DNA of 64,000 nucleotides from an uncultured Chloroflexia bacterium (GCA_963748625.1 CAVVJT010000007.1:64001-128000), one strand, 5' to 3'; shown: positions 51,484 to 61,057, numbered from the stretch's first letter. The notes: a model not told the origin generated them from the sequence alone. A program made the numbers and translations.

Positions 51484-52499
51484 CGGCGCCGCTGCGCGTC
51501 GGGCTCGCCGGCCTCGGCTCGATGGGCCGCAACCACCTCCGCCACCTATCGACCCGGACGGACTGCGAGCTGGTCGCGGTCGCCGATCCCGCACCGGATC
51601 TTGTGGCCGACGCGGTTGCCAAGACGGGCGCCGCCGGCTACGCGGACGCCCTCGCGATGATCGACGAAGCCGAGCTCGATGCGGTGGTGATCGCCGCGCC
51701 CACGACGGCCCACGCCCCGCTGGCGCTCGCCGCGATCGAGCGTGGCTTGCCGCTGCTGGTCGAGAAGCCGCTGGCCGCCACGGTTGCGGAAGGGATCGAG
51801 CTCGTCGCGGCGGCACGGAGGCGCGGCGTCCCCGTCCAGGTGGGCCACGTGGAGCGGTTCAACCCGGCCGTGCTCGAGCTGGGTCGCCGGATCGCGAAGG
51901 GGTGGGTCGGGACGCTCTATTCCATCACGAGCCGGCGGGCCGGACCCTTCCCCGCCCGGATCCGCGACGTCGGCGTGACGATCGACCTCGCGACCCACGA
52001 CGCGGACATCCTGTCGTGGATCGCCGGGGAGCGTCCGACCCGCGTGTACGCCGAGACGGCGCAGCGGCACCACGTGAGCAACGAGGACCTGCTGTTCGGG
52101 CTGCTGCACTTCCCGTCGGGTGCCACCGGCATGCTCGACGTCAACTGGCTGACCCCCGCGAAGCGGCGACAGCTCTCCGTCGTGGGCGAGTCCGGCATGT
52201 TCGAGCTGGACTACCTGACCCAGCGGCTGACGTTCACGAGCGCCGACATCGGCAGCCCCACGATCATCGACGGCTACGCGACGACGTTCGAGGGCAACGT
52301 TGTCGTCATCGATGTCGCCAGCCGGGAGCCCCTCGCCGCGGAACTGGACGCATTCCTCGCCGTCGCCCGCAGCGGCGGTCGTCCGGTGGTGGACGGCGAA
52401 GACGGCCTGTGGGCCCTGGCGATCGCCTCGAGCCTGCTGGAGGCGGCCTCGGCCGGCCGGCCGGTCAGCCTCGCGGACTTCACTGCGCGAGTGCCCTGA
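51480..52499 (+). CDS. Gfo/Idh/MocA oxidoreductase (WbpB-like)
   Basis: GLGSMGRNH, LVEKPLA, VGHVERFNPA, DLATHD. Confidence 0.92.
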   Translation: MTAPLRVGLAGLGSMGRNHLRHLSTRTDCELVAVADPAPDLVADAVAKTGAAGYADALAMIDEAELDAVVIAAPTTAHAPLALAAIERGLPLLVEKPLAATVAEGIELVAAARRRGVPVQVGHVERFNPAVLELGRRIAKGWVGTLYSITSRRAGPFPARIRDVGVTIDLATHDADILSWIAGERPTRVYAETAQRHHVSNEDLLFGLLHFPSGATGMLDVNWLTPAKRRQLSVVGESGMFELDYLTQRLTFTSADIGSPTIIDGYATTFEGNVVVIDVASREPLAAELDAFLAVARSGGRPVVDGEDGLWALAIASSLLEAASAGRPVSLADFTARVP

Positions 52500-52501
52500 T
52501 C

Positions 52502-53926
52502 GTGTCCATCACGGACCGGCCCTCGACGTCGGCCTCCCTGGTCGGCGGCGCGATCGCCCTGCCGGAGAACCCGTGCCTCCACGGCACAACCCGGCCCGTA
52601 GAGCGGTGGACCGGCGAGCCGGGGACTGCCGGTACCGTGATCGTGGTCGGGGCAGGCAAGATGGGCCTGCCCCTGGCCGCGCAGTTCGCATCGCACCAGT
52701 GGAAGGTGATCGCGGTCGACACGGACCCGACGGTCATCGCGGCGGTCAACGAAGGTCGATCCCATGTGCGTGGCGAGCCCGCGCTCGACGAGCGCATTGC
52801 GGACGCGCACGCCGCCGGGCGGCTCCGGGCGATGTGCGACGGGGTCGCGGCCGCGCGCGAAGCGGACGTCGTCGTCCTGATCGTCCCGGTGATGCTGGAT
52901 GACGCGAAGCAGCCCGACTACCGGCACATGGACGCTGCCGTCGCGTCGATCGCCCCCGGCCTGCGGGCCGGCGCAACCGTGATCTTCGAGACCACGCTGC
53001 CGGTCGGCGACACGCGCCACCGGTACGTGCCCCGGCTCGAGGAGGCCAGCGGCCTGGACGCGGACGACGACCTGTTCGTCGCGTTCTCGCCGGAGCGCCT
53101 GTTCAGCGGGGCTGTCCTCCGGAACCTGGCGACCTACCCCAAGCTCGTGGGCGGGATCGGGCCGGCATCAACGGAACGGGCGGCGCGCTTCTACGCATCC
53201 GTGCTCGACGCGGAGGTCGTGGCCATGAGCTCGGCCGAGGCCGCGGAGCTGAGCAAGTTGGCCGACACCACGTACCGCGACGTCAACATCGCGTTCGCAA
53301 ACCAGCTCGCGGCCTACGCGCAGCGTGTCGGCGTGGACGTCCACGAGGTGATCCGGGCGGCCAACAGCCAGCCGTACAGCCACATCCACCAGCCCGGCCT
53401 CGGGGTGGGCGGGCACTGCATCCCCGTCTACCCGCACTTCCTCCTGTCGAGGGCGCCCGAGATGGAGCTGGTGGAGGTGTCGAGGCGGGTGAACGACGGC
53501 CAGGTCGATGTCGCCGTGCGGATGCTGTCCGACGAGCTGGGCGGGCTCCGGGAGATCCCGGTCCTCGTCCTGGGCCTGACGTACCGGGAGGGCGTCAGGG
53601 AGCTCGCCTATTCGCGGGCGCTGCCACTGATCGGCGCGCTGGCCGCCGAAGGTGCCCTGGTCTCTGCCTGGGACCCGCTCCTGTCCGCGGACGACATCGA
53701 GCGGTGCGGGGCGGCACCCTGGGCCTGGGGATCCCCGAGCGATGCGCGGGCGGTTGTCACCCAGACGGCCGACCCGGCCTTTGCCCGGCTGGAGATGCCC
53801 TGGTTCCCGGACCTCGAGGTCGTCGTCGACGGCCGGAACAGCCTGCGGGACGTCACGTTCCCGGATCACGTGCGCGTGCTCGGCCTTGGCGTCCCGGCAC
53901 GGGGCGGGACGCGGCCAGGCTCGTGA
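52502..53926 (+). CDS. nucleotide-sugar 6-dehydrogenase (WbpA/WecC-like)
   Basis: VGAGKMGLPLA, ETTLPVG, FSPER, KLADTTYRDVNIA, GVGGHCIP, LGLTYR. Confidence 0.92.
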   Translation: MSITDRPSTSASLVGGAIALPENPCLHGTTRPVERWTGEPGTAGTVIVVGAGKMGLPLAAQFASHQWKVIAVDTDPTVIAAVNEGRSHVRGEPALDERIADAHAAGRLRAMCDGVAAAREADVVVLIVPVMLDDAKQPDYRHMDAAVASIAPGLRAGATVIFETTLPVGDTRHRYVPRLEEASGLDADDDLFVAFSPERLFSGAVLRNLATYPKLVGGIGPASTERAARFYASVLDAEVVAMSSAEAAELSKLADTTYRDVNIAFANQLAAYAQRVGVDVHEVIRAANSQPYSHIHQPGLGVGGHCIPVYPHFLLSRAPEMELVEVSRRVNDGQVDVAVRMLSDELGGLREIPVLVLGLTYREGVRELAYSRALPLIGALAAEGALVSAWDPLLSADDIERCGAAPWAWGSPSDARAVVTQTADPAFARLEMPWFPDLEVVVDGRNSLRDVTFPDHVRVLGLGVPARGGTRPGS

Positions 53927-53957
53927 TCCAGTCAGTCGCCGGAGAGGGTGGTCTGCG

Positions 53958-55094
53958 ATGCGGCTGGTGAACATCGTCGGCACCCGCCCCCAGCTGATCA
54001 AGGCCGCGGCGCTGCTCCCCGAGCTGCGTACCGGCCACGACGTGGTCCTGGTGGACACCGGCCAGCACTGGGATGACCGGATGGCCGGGAACTTCTTCGT
54101 GGAGCTCGGGCTGCCGCAGCCGGACTACAGCCTGGGCATCGGCGGCGGCGGTCACGCCGCCCAGACCGGACGCATGCTGCTCGCACTGGAGCCGGTGCTC
54201 GAGGCGGAGCGGCCGGACGCCGTGGTCGTGTACGGCGACACGAACTCGACCCTGGCCGGGGCCCTCGCGGCGGCCAAGCTCGGCATCCCGGTCGCGCACG
54301 TCGAGGCGGGCCTGCGCAGCTTCGACCGGCGGATGCCGGAGGAGCTCAACCGCGTCGTGTCCGATCACCTCGCGACCTGGTGCTTCGCGCCGACGCGGAC
54401 GGCGGTCGCGAACCTCGCGCGGGAGGGCATCGTCGATGGTGTGGTCGCCGTCGGCGACCTCATGCAGGACCTTGCGAGCCGAGTGAGCCGCGAGATCCGT
54501 GGCCTCGACGCGCTGCGCGACGCGGGTACCGCGCTCGTCGCGGCGGGGGCTCCCGCATCGGCCGCTCGGCTGGAGCCGGGCGGCTACGTCTTCGCGACCG
54601 TCCACCGGGCCGAGAACCGCGAGGCGGCGGCCCTCACCGCGTGGCCGGAGATCCTCGCGGATGCCGCCCGCCCGGACCGACCGGTGATCCTGGCGCTCCA
54701 CCCGGGGACGCGCGCAGCCCTCGAACGCGCCGGCGTCGATCTTGGGCGCGACATCTGGGCGGTCGAGCCGCTCGGCTATCGGACGTCGTTGACCCTCCAG
54801 CTCCATGCCGCTGCGGTGTTGACGGACTCGGGCGGTGTCCAACGCGAGGCCGCGTGGCTGGGCGTCCCGTGTCTCGTCCTCCGCAGTACGACGGAGTGGG
54901 TGGAGGCCGTCAACGACTCGGACGGCGGGATGGTTGTCGTTGGGCTCGACCGGAAGCGGGCCAGCGCGGAGCTCGAGCGCATGGCGCCGCCGGCCGCCTG
55001 TCGCGCCGCGGCACTCGAGCGCGCAAGGTCGCTCGACCTCGCGCCTGCGGGGGCGGCCCGACGCATCGCGGACGTCCTCGCCGGCGTCGCCTGA
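53958..55094 (+). CDS. wecB: non-hydrolysing UDP-GlcNAc 2-epimerase family (WecB/WbpI)
   Basis: VGTRPQLIK, TGQH, GDTNSTLAG, HVEAGLRS, PEELNR, TDSGGVQREA. Confidence 0.93.
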   Translation: MRLVNIVGTRPQLIKAAALLPELRTGHDVVLVDTGQHWDDRMAGNFFVELGLPQPDYSLGIGGGGHAAQTGRMLLALEPVLEAERPDAVVVYGDTNSTLAGALAAAKLGIPVAHVEAGLRSFDRRMPEELNRVVSDHLATWCFAPTRTAVANLAREGIVDGVVAVGDLMQDLASRVSREIRGLDALRDAGTALVAAGAPASAARLEPGGYVFATVHRAENREAAALTAWPEILADAARPDRPVILALHPGTRAALERAGVDLGRDIWAVEPLGYRTSLTLQLHAAAVLTDSGGVQREAAWLGVPCLVLRSTTEWVEAVNDSDGGMVVVGLDRKRASAELERMAPPAACRAAALERARSLDLAPAGAARRIADVLAGVA

Positions 55095-55251
55095 AGCGAC
55101 GCCCCGGCGTCGGCCGCGCCCCCGGTGCATCCCGGCACCTGCGGCCATCGCCCGAGGGACCTTGCGTCGCCCTGCCCTGTCGGTCGAGCGATGTGCGAGG
55201 CCTCGAGCGCCTGGCGTGATGGAGGCTGCTGGTTGTTAGCGGGCAAGGCGA

Positions 55252-55292
55252 GACGGCGGTCCCGCGCGTTCAGGGCGCGCTGGACCGCCGTC
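55252..55292. terminator. long GC hairpin downstream of the nucleotide-sugar operon
   Basis: GACGGCGGTCC...GGACCGCCGTC 11-bp outer stem; no U-tract. Confidence 0.45.
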
Positions 55293-55678
55293 CGGTCTCG
55301 GGGACCGGCGAACGTTGGAGAGCGGGCGGCGGTGCAAGGCGTACGCCGGTCCGTCGGACGAGCGGCCCGTGCGGAAGGGGCGAAACGCGCTCACGCACTC
55401 GCATTCCCTCTCCCCGGAAAAGGGAGGTCGTTCCGGTCCATCGGACCGGCCTCGGCTTCGTAGCCGGCAGCGCGACGGGCTCGAATTCGCGTGGGCGAAC
55501 ACGCACGCCGCGTGTCAGTGGCCGTCGACGGTACTACGCCAATAGTCCTACTGGTAGACCCTGACGCGATGAACGCCGTGGAGATGGGGCACTTGACATC
55601 GACGCTGGAGCGCGTCCGGCCATCGCCGCTACATGCCGGCACCGCCGGGAGCCCCTGACCCTTGTAGCATCGGCAGCG

Positions 55679-56344
55679 ATGCAACCCAACGAGCACTGGC
55701 AGCGTGCCCGCGAGGAGGTCGTCCTCTTCAGCCGCCGCCTCCTGGCCGAGCACCTCGTGTACTACACGGCCGGCAACGTCAGCCGCCGCGTGGACGGCGA
55801 GGATGGTCTGTACGCCGTCACCCCCACGAGCACCCCGTACGACACGCTGCGCCCCGAGGACGTGGTGATCGCCACGATCGACGGCGAGATCGTCGACGGG
55901 GACAAGCCGCCCACCGTGGAGTTCCCGCTCCACTCGGCGCTGTACCGCCAGCGACCTGAGATCGGCGGCGTCGTCCACACCCACAGCCCCGCTGCGATGA
56001 CGATGGCCGCCCTCGGCTGGACGCTCCCCCCCATCCTCACCGGGTTCTGCGAGGCCGCCGGCGGTGCCGTCGTGACCGCCCGCTACGCCCGGCCCGGCAG
56101 CGAGGAGCTCGCGGAGGCCACGCGAGAGGCGCTCGCGGAGCGCGGCGCCTGCTTCCTGCGCCATCACGGGCTGCTCGCGATCGGTCCCACGCTCGCGCGC
56201 GCCTATAACGCGGCTAGCGTCACCGAGGGCGCCGCCGAGGTCTTCCTTCGCGCGCGCGGGCTCATGGGTGACGTGCCGGCGCTCCCCGAGAGCGAGGTCG
56301 CCTGGCTCCACGAGGAGTGGGCCGCCCACTGGGACCGCCACTGA
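55679..56344 (+). CDS. class II aldolase/adducin family (L-fuculose-phosphate aldolase-like)
   Basis: TAGNVS, VTPTS, PTVEFPLH, VVHTHS, FLRHHG. Confidence 0.92.
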   Translation: MQPNEHWQRAREEVVLFSRRLLAEHLVYYTAGNVSRRVDGEDGLYAVTPTSTPYDTLRPEDVVIATIDGEIVDGDKPPTVEFPLHSALYRQRPEIGGVVHTHSPAAMTMAALGWTLPPILTGFCEAAGGAVVTARYARPGSEELAEATREALAERGACFLRHHGLLAIGPTLARAYNAASVTEGAAEVFLRARGLMGDVPALPESEVAWLHEEWAAHWDRH

Positions 56345-56475
56345 CGGTCGAGCGGTCCTGCCGTGCGCTCGCGCCGCGCGGCCGGCTTCGCGCGCCGCCG
56401 TCCGCGCGAATGCCGCCGAACCTCGGCAAATCCGCATTGACGCCGCGGGCGAACATGGGGTGGCTCACGTGAGAC

Positions 56476-56522
56476 CGAAGAGGCGCCCGCCTTCCCCCCC
56501 CCCGGGGCCGGGCGCCTCTTCG
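56476..56522. terminator. perfect 14-bp inverted repeat (terminator-like hairpin)
   Basis: CGAAGAGGCGCCCG ... CGGGCGCCTCTTCG. Confidence 0.55.
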
Positions 56523-56579
56523 TGTCCGAAGCGTCGTGGAGCGGGGTTGCACCCGCTCCCTCGCAAACGTGCTCCGGTG

Positions 56580-57144
56580 CGGGTCAGCCCCGAGTAGGGC
56601 ACCCACGCGGACTTCGAGCGCGTCGTCGGGCAGGCATATGCGCTCGGCATGCGCGTGATGATCAACGTGGTCAACAAGCACAGCGCGTACGACTCGCGGC
56701 CGGTCACCGAGCACCCGGAGTTCTTCCACCAGGACGCCGCCGGCACGCCAGCGACCACGGTCCCCGACTGGACCGACGTCATCGACCTGCGCTACGGCGA
56801 TCCGGCACTCGAGGAGTGCATCTCGACGCTCGAGGACTGGGTGCGACTGGGCATTGACGGATTCCGGCGAGATGTGGCCTCGATCATCCCCGGGGAGTTC
56901 TGGCGGCATGCCCGCGCCCGCATCGACAGTGTCCGGCCCGACGTTGCTGTGGCTGGCCGAGTCCGTCCGTGCAGGCCGGGTGGCCGACCGGCGCGAGCAC
57001 GGCCTCTCGGGCGTGTCCGACAGCGAGCTGCGACGTGGCCTGATCGATGTGCCGGAGTATGCACGTGTCCTCCGGACGAGCCCGCTCGAGAGGGTGCAGC
57101 CGCTGGCAACGCCGCTGCTCGATCACGGGTTCGATGCCGGGCTG
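56580..57144 (+). pseudogene. GH13 alpha-amylase family remnant
   Basis: SPE*GTHADF..GMRVMINVV.KH, DWTDVIDL, GIDGFRRDVA, WLAES. In-frame TAG at 56595-56597, a frameshift near 56945, and both ends missing. Confidence 0.75.
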
Positions 57145-57160
57145 AGGGCCCGGCCCGGGC

Positions 57161-57430
57161 TCAGGCGCCGGCGAGGAGGTCCACGACCCGCGGCTTGGCA
57201 GCCTCCACCAGGTGCGGATCGAGCATGCGCGAGGCCGCCTCCGCGTGCGGGCACACGCCATGGAGCGTCGCGAACTCGCAGTCGCAGATCCAGCCGTCGG
57301 GCCCCAGCGTCAGCACGTGCTGGCCGCCACCGGCCTCGAAGGTCGCTTCCAGTGAGCTGATCCGCAGCCGGTCGCGCTCCAGGGCGTAGCGGTGTGCCTT
57401 CTCGGCCTTCGTGACGATGGTGCTCTGCAT
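57161..57430 (-). CDS. small SWIM-type zinc-finger protein
   Basis: AAGGA RBS; KAEKAHRYA..., WICDCEF....GVCPH (CxC..CxH). Confidence 0.8.
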   Translation of the reverse strand: MQSTIVTKAEKAHRYALERDRLRISSLEATFEAGGGQHVLTLGPDGWICDCEFATLHGVCPHAEAASRMLDPHLVEAAKPRVVDLLAGA

Positions 57431-57576
57431 CAGGTAGTGATCCTTGGGGGAGTGGGACGGGCGGGGCGTCTGTGGGCCTCAATGGTCGGGCCGACGGTGC
57501 CACGGGGTCAAGCACACGCGTGGAATGCGGTAACAGGAAGGGACCTGCCGACGTCTACCGGGTGAGGTTCCACGGC

Positions 57577-57795
57577 ATGGACATGATCACCGCCGACCTG
57601 TACTACCTGACCGAACAGGACGAGCTCGTCGTGATCCGGCGCCTCGCCCTCGAGCCCATCGACGACATCGACCGGGGCGGTCCTTCGCCATCGGGCATGG
57701 GGCGCAGCACCCCGAGAAGACACCTCCACAGCACGGCGCGACGACGGGCCATCATCCGATCGGGCCACATGCGTGAGCAGCTGCCAATAGCATGA
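57577..57795 (+). CDS. possible small hypothetical protein or gene remnant
   Basis: Strong GC3 bias over MDMITADLYYLTEQDELVVIRRLALEPIDD; the 3' half looks less coding. Confidence 0.3.
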   Translation: MDMITADLYYLTEQDELVVIRRLALEPIDDIDRGGPSPSGMGRSTPRRHLHSTARRRAIIRSGHMREQLPIA

Positions 57796-57983
57796 ACTTG
57801 GGGGTTGTCAAGAGACGCTCAATGGCCTAGAGTAGTAGGCCAATGGCGTGTCGCTTGACACGCCAGTACGTATGTCGGGATGGCGTGGACCCCGGCGTGC
57901 GATGACCCGGTCCGTGGACCGGGAAACCGTTTGGTATCCACCGGGTCGCGCGGTCGGGCGCGATGCCGTGCAGCTGGAGCATC

Positions 57984-59516
57984 GTGATTTCCGTCGATTC
58001 CTCCCTTCCCGCCTCCGACGCGGAGGCAGCGCTCGCCGCAGCCCAGATCGAGCTTGACCCCGTGGCCGCTGACCTGGAGGCTGAGGCCATCCTGGTCGAA
58101 GAGCCCGTCGTCGCAGCCCCCGCCCCCAAGGCAGAAGAGCCGGACGCCGAGGTCGAGGTCGTGTCGACCGAGGTGCTCGACACCGATGACTCCGTGCGCC
58201 TGTACCTGCGCGAGATCGGGCGCGTGCCGCTCCTGACCGCGGAGGAGGAGGTCATCCTGGCGAAGGGCATGGAGCTCGGCGGCCAGGGCGAGGCGGAGCC
58301 GTGGAAGGCCATCCTGGCGATCCACGAGTGGACGCTGCACAAGACCGAGCCGGTGGCGCGGGCCAAGGACAAGCGCTACGTGCTGCCGTTCGAGGCCGCG
58401 TCGCACCGCATCGTCGAGGCGGCGATCCGCTCGGACGACGCGCTGGACCTGCTCGTGATGGCGCCGGCCCTGGGTCTTGCCGATGGCCTCAAGAAGGCTG
58501 AGACGGACCTGCTCAAGGAGCGCCTGACCCGCGCCCAGGACGTGCGCTCGATCTACAACGAGCGGCTCGACGCCGAGAGCTTCCTGGACCTGCTCAACTG
58601 GATCGAAGGCGAGCTCGGCCGGCCGAACGCGGAGCTCCGCGCGAGCACCGCGCTCAAGGAGATGCGGGACTGGGCGCGCGCGGAGATCGCCTACCCGGCG
58701 ATTCAGCGCTACCTCGAGGCCGGCAACGAGGCCGAGGTCATGGACGAGTTCGGGCCCACGCTCAAGGTGCTGGCCAAGCACTCGCGTGACCACCTCACGT
58801 CGGCCAACCTGCGCCTCGTCGTGTCGATCGCGCGCAAGTACATCAACCAGGCGGGCATGGGCCTGCTGGACCTCGTCCAGGAGGGCAACGCCGGCCTGAT
58901 CCGCGCTGTCGACAAGTTCGAGTACGAGCGCGGCTTCAAGTTCTCGACGTACGCCACCTGGTGGATCCGCCAGGCGATCCAGCGCGGCCTCGCGGACCAG
59001 AGCCGGACCATCCGGATCCCCGTTCACATGGTCGAGACGATGGGTCGAGTGGCACGCGTCGTGCGCGAGCTGTCCACCCAGCTCGGCCGCGAGCCCACCA
59101 ACGCCGAGATCGCCGCGGCCCTGCCCGACGAAACCCCGGCGATGACGCCGCAGCGCGTCGAGGAGATCCGCAAGCTCGGCCGCGAGCCCGTCAGCCTCCA
59201 GTCCCCCGTCGGCGACGAGGGCGACGCGGAGCTCGGCGAGCTCATCCCGGACGAGGACGCCGTCTCCCCGCTCGACGTGGTCGCGGACCGCATGCGCCGT
59301 GAGCAGATCGAGCATGTGCTCGCCTCGCTCGACGGGCGCGAGCAGCGCGTCCTGCGCCTCCGCTTCGGCCTGGACGACGGGCATGCCCGGACGCTCGAGG
59401 AGGTCGGCCGTGAGTTCGGCCTCACCCGCGAGCGGATCCGCCAGATCGAGGTCCAGGCGCTGCGCAAGCTCCGCCACCCGAGCCGAAGCCGCAAGCTGCG
59501 GGAGTTCGCCGCCTAG
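57984..59516 (+). CDS. RNA polymerase sigma-70 factor, RpoD/SigA-like
   Basis: [17 protein letters not shown] (region 1.2), [65 protein letters not shown]. Confidence 0.96.
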   Translation: MISVDSSLPASDAEAALAAAQIELDPVAADLEAEAILVEEPVVAAPAPKAEEPDAEVEVVSTEVLDTDDSVRLYLREIGRVPLLTAEEEVILAKGMELGGQGEAEPWKAILAIHEWTLHKTEPVARAKDKRYVLPFEAASHRIVEAAIRSDDALDLLVMAPALGLADGLKKAETDLLKERLTRAQDVRSIYNERLDAESFLDLLNWIEGELGRPNAELRASTALKEMRDWARAEIAYPAIQRYLEAGNEAEVMDEFGPTLKVLAKHSRDHLTSANLRLVVSIARKYINQAGMGLLDLVQEGNAGLIRAVDKFEYERGFKFSTYATWWIRQAIQRGLADQSRTIRIPVHMVETMGRVARVVRELSTQLGREPTNAEIAAALPDETPAMTPQRVEEIRKLGREPVSLQSPVGDEGDAELGELIPDEDAVSPLDVVADRMRREQIEHVLASLDGREQRVLRLRFGLDDGHARTLEEVGREFGLTRERIRQIEVQALRKLRHPSRSRKLREFAA

Positions 59517-59538
59517 GCGGAACGTCCCGAGGGAGAAC

Positions 59539-59568
59539 GAAGCCCCCGTCGCTGACGGGGGCTTCTTG
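59539..59568 (+). terminator. intrinsic terminator after the sigma factor (probably bidirectional)
   Basis: GAAGCCCCCGTC-gct-GACGGGGGCTTC-tt, between convergent genes. Confidence 0.8.
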
Positions 59569-59613
59569 CTGTCTCCGGGATGTCGGGCGGAGTCAGTCGC
59601 CCCCCGACGGTGC

Positions 59614-60303
59614 TTACCCGCCCGCGCCCGGGTCGGTGATGCCTGGGTCGGTGACGCCGGAGTCCCCCTGACCGCCCTGGCCGTCTTGGCCGTCTTGGCC
59701 GGGCATCGTGCCGCTGCCATCCCGGCCCTGGGGTCCACGGCCGCCACGGTGGGATGAGCCGCCGTTGCCATCCATGCCGCCGTGTCCATCCATGCCGCCG
59801 TTGCCATCCATGCCGCCGTGTCCATCCATGCCGCCGTTGCCATCCATGCCGCCGTTGCGATCCATGCCGCCGTTGCGGCCCTGGCCGCGGTTGCGCTCCA
59901 TGTCGCCGTCGCCTGCATCGCCGCCCTGGCCGGCGCCATCCTTCCCGGCGCCAACCTGGCCGTGCCGGCCGCCGGTGACGGGGTCGGTGACCTGGGGTGA
60001 ACCGGCCGTTGCCTGGTCGGACTCCGGGGCGAGGATACCCACCGCGAGTGCGGTGGCGGCGACCCCCGCGAACGCGGCGACCGTGATGCCCGCGAGCATG
60101 GTGCTGCGGCCGACGGTCCGGCGCCGGGAGGCGGCCGCCGGCGGCGCTGCGGCAGGCCCGTCGCCATGCGCATCGGCAGATGCTTCGGTGGGTGCCCATC
60201 CCTCCGGCGGTGCCGGCTCGAACGGGACGCTGTCCGGAGCCGGCGGGGTGGCCGGCTCCGGAGGGGTGAAGGGATCGGGGATCGGGGTGGTGGGGCTGTC
60301 CAT
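59614..60303 (-). CDS. single-TM hypothetical protein with Gly/Met/Asp-rich repeats
   Basis: Pro-rich N-terminus, TM (MLAGITVAAFAGVAATALAVGIL), GGMDG(N/H) repeats. Confidence 0.65.
   Translation of the reverse strand: MDSPTTPIPDPFTPPEPATPPAPDSVPFEPAPPEGWAPTEASADAHGDGPAAAPPAAASRRRTVGRSTMLAGITVAAFAGVAATALAVGILAPESDQATAGSPQVTDPVTGGRHGQVGAGKDGAGQGGDAGDGDMERNRGQGRNGGMDRNGGMDGNGGMDGHGGMDGNGGMDGHGGMDGNGGSSHRGGRGPQGRDGSGTMPGQDGQDGQGGQGDSGVTDPGITDPGAGG
59758..59876. repeat. 18-bp tandem repeat (~6.5 copies) encoding MD(G/R)(N/H)GG
   Basis: GCCGCCGT(TG/GT)C(C/G)ATCCAT units. Confidence 0.9.
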
Positions 60304-60616
60304 CCGAGCACTGTCGGGGGGCCAGGCTTTCGAACGCCTTACCGGCGGCTGTGAACAGGCTGGGAATGACCGGGCGGTCGTCCGGCGCTGTCCGCCACGT
60401 GTGGTCCGAGGCGTGCCTGTGCGCATGGTTCAGCCACACGGTGCGGTGCCGGCGCTGGATGCGCGATCCATGCGCACCCCGCGCGCTGTCGGCCCCTCGC
60501 TACCGCCTGCCCTGCGCGCAGGCCGCGCAGTCAGCGATCCGACAGCACAGTGTGCGCACTCGGCGCGCATCGGCGACAGACGCGCGGGCCTTGCGCGCGA
60601 TGGCTACAGTCTGTGG

Positions 60617-61057
60617 ATGGACAACCCCATCGCTGTTGAGCCGCAGCCGCGGATCGACACCCTGACCACCGATGCCGCCAGCGGCACCCAGCTCCGGCGG
60701 ACCGAGTACACAGGCACGGTGTGGTTCGGCGGCAAGCCGCAGTTCACGGGCTACGGCACGGTCACGATGAGCCAGGCCGCGCGCGTTGAGAGCCCCTTCT
60801 TCCTGCCCGACAGCCTGCCCTACCGCGCTGGAGCCCCGGCCCTCGTCGTGATCTCGGTGGCAGTCCAGTCGGCGCCCGACGAGGCCCACCAGGTGCTCGA
60901 GCATCACGCATCGCTCGTGCCCGATCCCCGCAACCAGGGGGTCGCCTGGGTCCAGGTGCAGGTTCTTGCGGCCATCCGGACGCCGACCGCGCTGAGCTAC
61001 CGCATCGACGTGCTGGTGACGCCAGACGGCGTGCTATCCGACGTCACGGGCAGCTGA
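60617..61057 (+). CDS. hypothetical protein (probably leaderless)
   Basis: Coding-like composition; TACAGT 6 nt upstream of the ATG and no SD. Confidence 0.7.
   Translation: MDNPIAVEPQPRIDTLTTDAASGTQLRRTEYTGTVWFGGKPQFTGYGTVTMSQAARVESPFFLPDSLPYRAGAPALVVISVAVQSAPDEAHQVLEHHASLVPDPRNQGVAWVQVQVLAAIRTPTALSYRIDVLVTPDGVLSDVTGS

Noticed and set aside
55236-55545. Small ORFs or an ncRNA in the wecB-aldolase spacer
   Set aside because: No coding bias or recognisable RNA family; only the hairpin is supportable.
56595-56597. In-frame TAG as pyrrolysine or stop readthrough
   Set aside because: It falls at a normally aromatic position (PEYGT-like) in a gene with other lesions, so it is simple decay.
57784-57883. 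Two back-to-back TTGACA hexamers as divergent sigma-70 promoters
   Set aside because: No convincing -10 element at 16-18 nt spacing on either strand, so they are left uncalled.
59758-59876. 18-bp repeat array as a CRISPR or non-coding repeat
   Set aside because: It is an in-frame coding repeat without spacers.
57819-60311. 830-aa minus-strand ORF
   Set aside because: It is the antisense shadow of the sigma factor and runs through its terminator.
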